A stretch of 14,791 nucleotides of DNA, from IMG/VR virus record IMGVR_UViG_3300010388_000185, positions 1 to 14,791 of that record; one strand, given 5' to 3'. Positions 12,805 to 14,791 of the stretch are shown piece by piece. Within the stretch, counting starts at the first letter, position 1. Every line of letters begins with the position of its first letter. The notes under the pieces were generated by a model. That model was given only the letters and a program-made list of their open reading frames with translations. It made no database searches and was not told the DNA's origin. The position numbers and the translations under genes were made by a program. Source of the DNA: a virus.

Positions 12805-13169
12805 TGGCATATACACAGCCACTAATCACTTCAGACGTCGGCGACTTCAGCCCTTACCTGCGACTGACAGCAACCCAGCAAATAGACAGCCGTAATACTA
12901 TCCACGAATTGCTAGGCGGTGGCGTCGCTGTAACCTTCGGCGGGGACTCTCCAGCCACGACCACGCTCGAAATGCTGTTTACCAGCGAAGCCGACAGTCT
13001 CGACGCATATACGAAACTAAACACAGGCCACGTCTTCCAGCTAACTGACTACTCAAAGACCAGTACTTCTATGTACTTCGTCGTAGCTGGCTCTATAAAC
13101 CGCGAATACTTGACAGACACAGAAGACACCTGGCTTATAAACGTAGACGTACAGGAAGTCACTCCCTAA
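12804..13169 (+). CDS. Minor tail protein (distal-tail-protein position, unusually small at 121 aa)
   Basis: TAATG coupling to the tape measure. The call is from position directly after the tape measure. No motif recognised. Confidence 0.5.
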   Translation: MAYTQPLITSDVGDFSPYLRLTATQQIDSRNTIHELLGGGVAVTFGGDSPATTTLEMLFTSEADSLDAYTKLNTGHVFQLTDYSKTSTSMYFVVAGSINREYLTDTEDTWLINVDVQEVTP

Positions 13170-14425
13170 TGGCTCTACTGTCTAAACACTATGCGCTCCT
13201 GGACTTCAACCCAGGAAACCCAGCTTCTGTCCCTGTAGAACCTATCAGCGTAGACGTCCAGGTAGACGAAACTTGGTCGCCTTACGTTCGCGCTACCGTC
13301 GTAGTGCCTACTAACGCTATGCCTTACAGCCCAGACCCACGCTATGCGCTGTTTCTGGGCCTTCGTCTTCAGCAAGACTTCGGCGACCTTATTTATAACA
13401 AAGAGATAACGGCGGACTATGCCGGAGACGTATCCAACATAACCGCAGCTTTCGGCGGAGACGTTTCAGATATTACCCGCGCCTACTCTAAGCCCTGGAA
13501 TATCTTCGAACAGGCCTTACCTATTTCGACAGTAACAGCTGCCTACGGTGGCGACGTTTCGAACCTTACCGCAGCGGACCTTATGGAAGTCTGGAGAATG
13601 TCCGACTTCCTACACAGTTCTGGCACGTTCAACCCTGCCCCGTCTACTATTTTCGACGGGTATCTAATGCTGCGCTCCGTAACAAAAAACTACCTAAACG
13701 GAGAAACCACACTAGAACTAACTAGCCACGAAGCTATCCTTCAGGACTCAATCGGATACCCTTCCGACCTAATCTTTACCTATACCAGCCTACGCGCAAT
13801 TATTAACCAAATATTGGCTGAAACAATAGGCGTATTTACACAACTACAGCCAGGCCCAGCGGACTACACTTACAGCCCAGCTTACGGCGTGAACTGGAGA
13901 CCAGAACAAACAGCTTGGGACTACCTAAACGCTCTAGTAACCGCAGCTAACCTAGTCCTGTATTGTGACGAAAAAGGCGACTGGTACCTGGACTATGCCT
14001 ACTCTACGACCGGCGACCTGTACCTAAAAGACGACGACAATATAACTACACTAACTAGCCGTATAGACCGAAACAGCGAACAATTCTTCGACTACGCAAT
14101 AGTCGAATATCGTTATGGCGGTATGCCTTCTTATAAATCTTTCGGAGTTTCCGGCTTCCCTATTTCAAAAGACCGCTATTTCCTTATCGAAAACGTACAG
14201 GACCCAGGCGGAAACCCTGCCCAGGCTATGGTGTGGAGAGCTGTCACCCGTGGCGAAACTTACGAAATAGAAGCTATTAGCAACTATGACGCACGACCAC
14301 GCCAGGAAATGACTATCGACGTTACTGGCGAAGCAATAAAAACGGCTATCGTTCAATCTATTCGGTGGTCGCTCCCGTCCGCTAGAATGTCAGTAGACAT
14401 TCGCGATTTACAGGAAGTAATCTAA
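13169..14425 (+). CDS. Minor tail protein (Tal / baseplate-hub position) carrying a triplicated GDVSxxTxA motif
   Basis: TAATG coupling at both ends. 418 aa. Position and size fit a tail-tip hub. The internal repeats are described separately. Confidence 0.6.
   Translation: MALLSKHYALLDFNPGNPASVPVEPISVDVQVDETWSPYVRATVVVPTNAMPYSPDPRYALFLGLRLQQDFGDLIYNKEITADYAGDVSNITAAFGGDVSDITRAYSKPWNIFEQALPISTVTAAYGGDVSNLTAADLMEVWRMSDFLHSSGTFNPAPSTIFDGYLMLRSVTKNYLNGETTLELTSHEAILQDSIGYPSDLIFTYTSLRAIINQILAETIGVFTQLQPGPADYTYSPAYGVNWRPEQTAWDYLNALVTAANLVLYCDEKGDWYLDYAYSTTGDLYLKDDDNITTLTSRIDRNSEQFFDYAIVEYRYGGMPSYKSFGVSGFPISKDRYFLIENVQDPGGNPAQAMVWRAVTRGETYEIEAISNYDARPRQEMTIDVTGEAIKTAIVQSIRWSLPSARMSVDIRDLQEVI
13418..13579 (+). 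repeat. Three copies of a 12-aa motif [YF][AG]GDVS[ND][IL]T[AR]A inside the 418-aa minor tail gene
   Basis: YAGDVSNITAAF (13418-13453), FGGDVSDITRAY (13451-13486) and YGGDVSNLTAAD (13544-13579). The amino acids are conserved while codons differ (gga gac gta tcc / gga gac gtt tca / ggc gac gtt tcg). Confidence 0.85.
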
Positions 14426-14791
14426 TGGCAACAGGCGCACCAGACAGTAACGGTATCTGGATATATGGCGAAGACGACAGCGAAGCGACGTTTAGCGCAC
14501 TTCTAAACAAGCTGGGTACTTCTGCCAGCTCTGCGCTTACTACGAAGCTAAACGCGCTTCCTGGAAAAGTGCTAAAAATTTCTAGTATGACAACTAACAC
14601 CCAGGTAAATTCTACCTCTGGGACGCCCATTTCTTCCGGTGTAAGTATCGCTTACACGCCAGTATCTTCTACTTCTAAAATCATTATTCTGGCTTCAGTA
14701 AACGGCGTAGGTAAAAACGGCGGCTCAGCACTTTCAACCGGTGCGCAATTCTATTTATATAAAAATTCTACAAATTTACAGACTTTAGGCG
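14425..14791 (+). CDS. 5' part of the tail fibre / receptor-binding protein gene (continues at nt 1-246; 185 aa in total)
   Basis: The ATG overlaps the upstream TAA (TAATG at 14423-14427). The frame is open to the window end. The N-terminus MATGAPDSNGIWIYGEDDSEATFSALLNKLGTSASSAL resembles the conserved N-terminus of actinophage minor tail/fibre proteins from memory. It is not in the ORF track because no stop lies within the window. Confidence 0.85.
   Translation, partial: MATGAPDSNGIWIYGEDDSEATFSALLNKLGTSASSALTTKLNALPGKVLKISSMTTNTQVNSTSGTPISSGVSIAYTPVSSTSKIIILASVNGVGKNGGSALSTGAQFYLYKNSTNLQTLG
14737..14791. repeat. Right copy of the exact 55-bp terminal direct repeat
   Basis: Identical to nt 1-55. 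Position 14737 is a first codon position in the ORF that starts at 14425, matching frame 1 at nt 1. Confidence 0.97.

Noticed and set aside
1-14791. Search for CRISPR arrays, tRNA/tmRNA genes, integrase/attP, a repressor/Cro pair, toxin-antitoxin or known defence/anti-defence modules
   Set aside because: No spaced direct-repeat array, no cloverleaf-capable segment in the small non-coding regions, no Tyr/Ser recombinase motifs and no HTH-type repressor were recognisable. The element looks obligately lytic. The small hypothetical ORFs could still encode anti-defence functions, but nothing in the sequence supports a specific call.

Overview
The window reads as one complete, circularly closing genome of a very small siphovirus-type tailed dsDNA phage. 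The first 55 nt recur exactly at 14737-14791, giving a unit length of 14,736 bp. The repeat lies inside a tail-fibre ORF that is complete only when the ends are joined. There are about 23 genes at roughly 95% coding density, all but one on the + strand, and many are joined by one-base stop/start overlaps (TAATG). Gene order, starting from the divergent control region at 2262-2561: RepA-like AAA_25 helicase/ATPase; a structured intergenic region; a mini-SSB with an EELPF tail; a 29-aa membrane peptide; an 80-aa coiled-coil protein; RusA resolvase; a 36-aa membrane peptide; an HNH endonuclease overlapping the large terminase; portal; a fused prohead-protease / acidic-linker / HK97-fold major capsid ORF; a head-tail adaptor with an extra N-terminal domain; a neck/tail-terminator-like protein; major tail protein; an HK97-gp10-like protein in the slot normally held by tail assembly chaperones; a 457-aa tape measure; two minor tail proteins; a 185-aa tail fibre split by the window ends; a small XkdW-like protein; a CHAP-LysM endolysin; a two-TMD holin; and a tail-anchored coiled-coil lysis accessory protein. 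The single minus-strand gene (1704-2261) looks like a Rad52/Sak-type annealing protein. It converges on the last + strand gene and overlaps it by 20 nt. I recognised no integrase, repressor, DNA polymerase, primase, small terminase, scaffold gene, tRNA or CRISPR array. The lysis proteins (CHAP, Pro/Ala linker, LysM, no spanins) suggest a Gram-positive, probably actinobacterial, host of moderate G+C, but the host cannot be named from sequence alone. All functional calls come from motif recognition by eye, not database searches.
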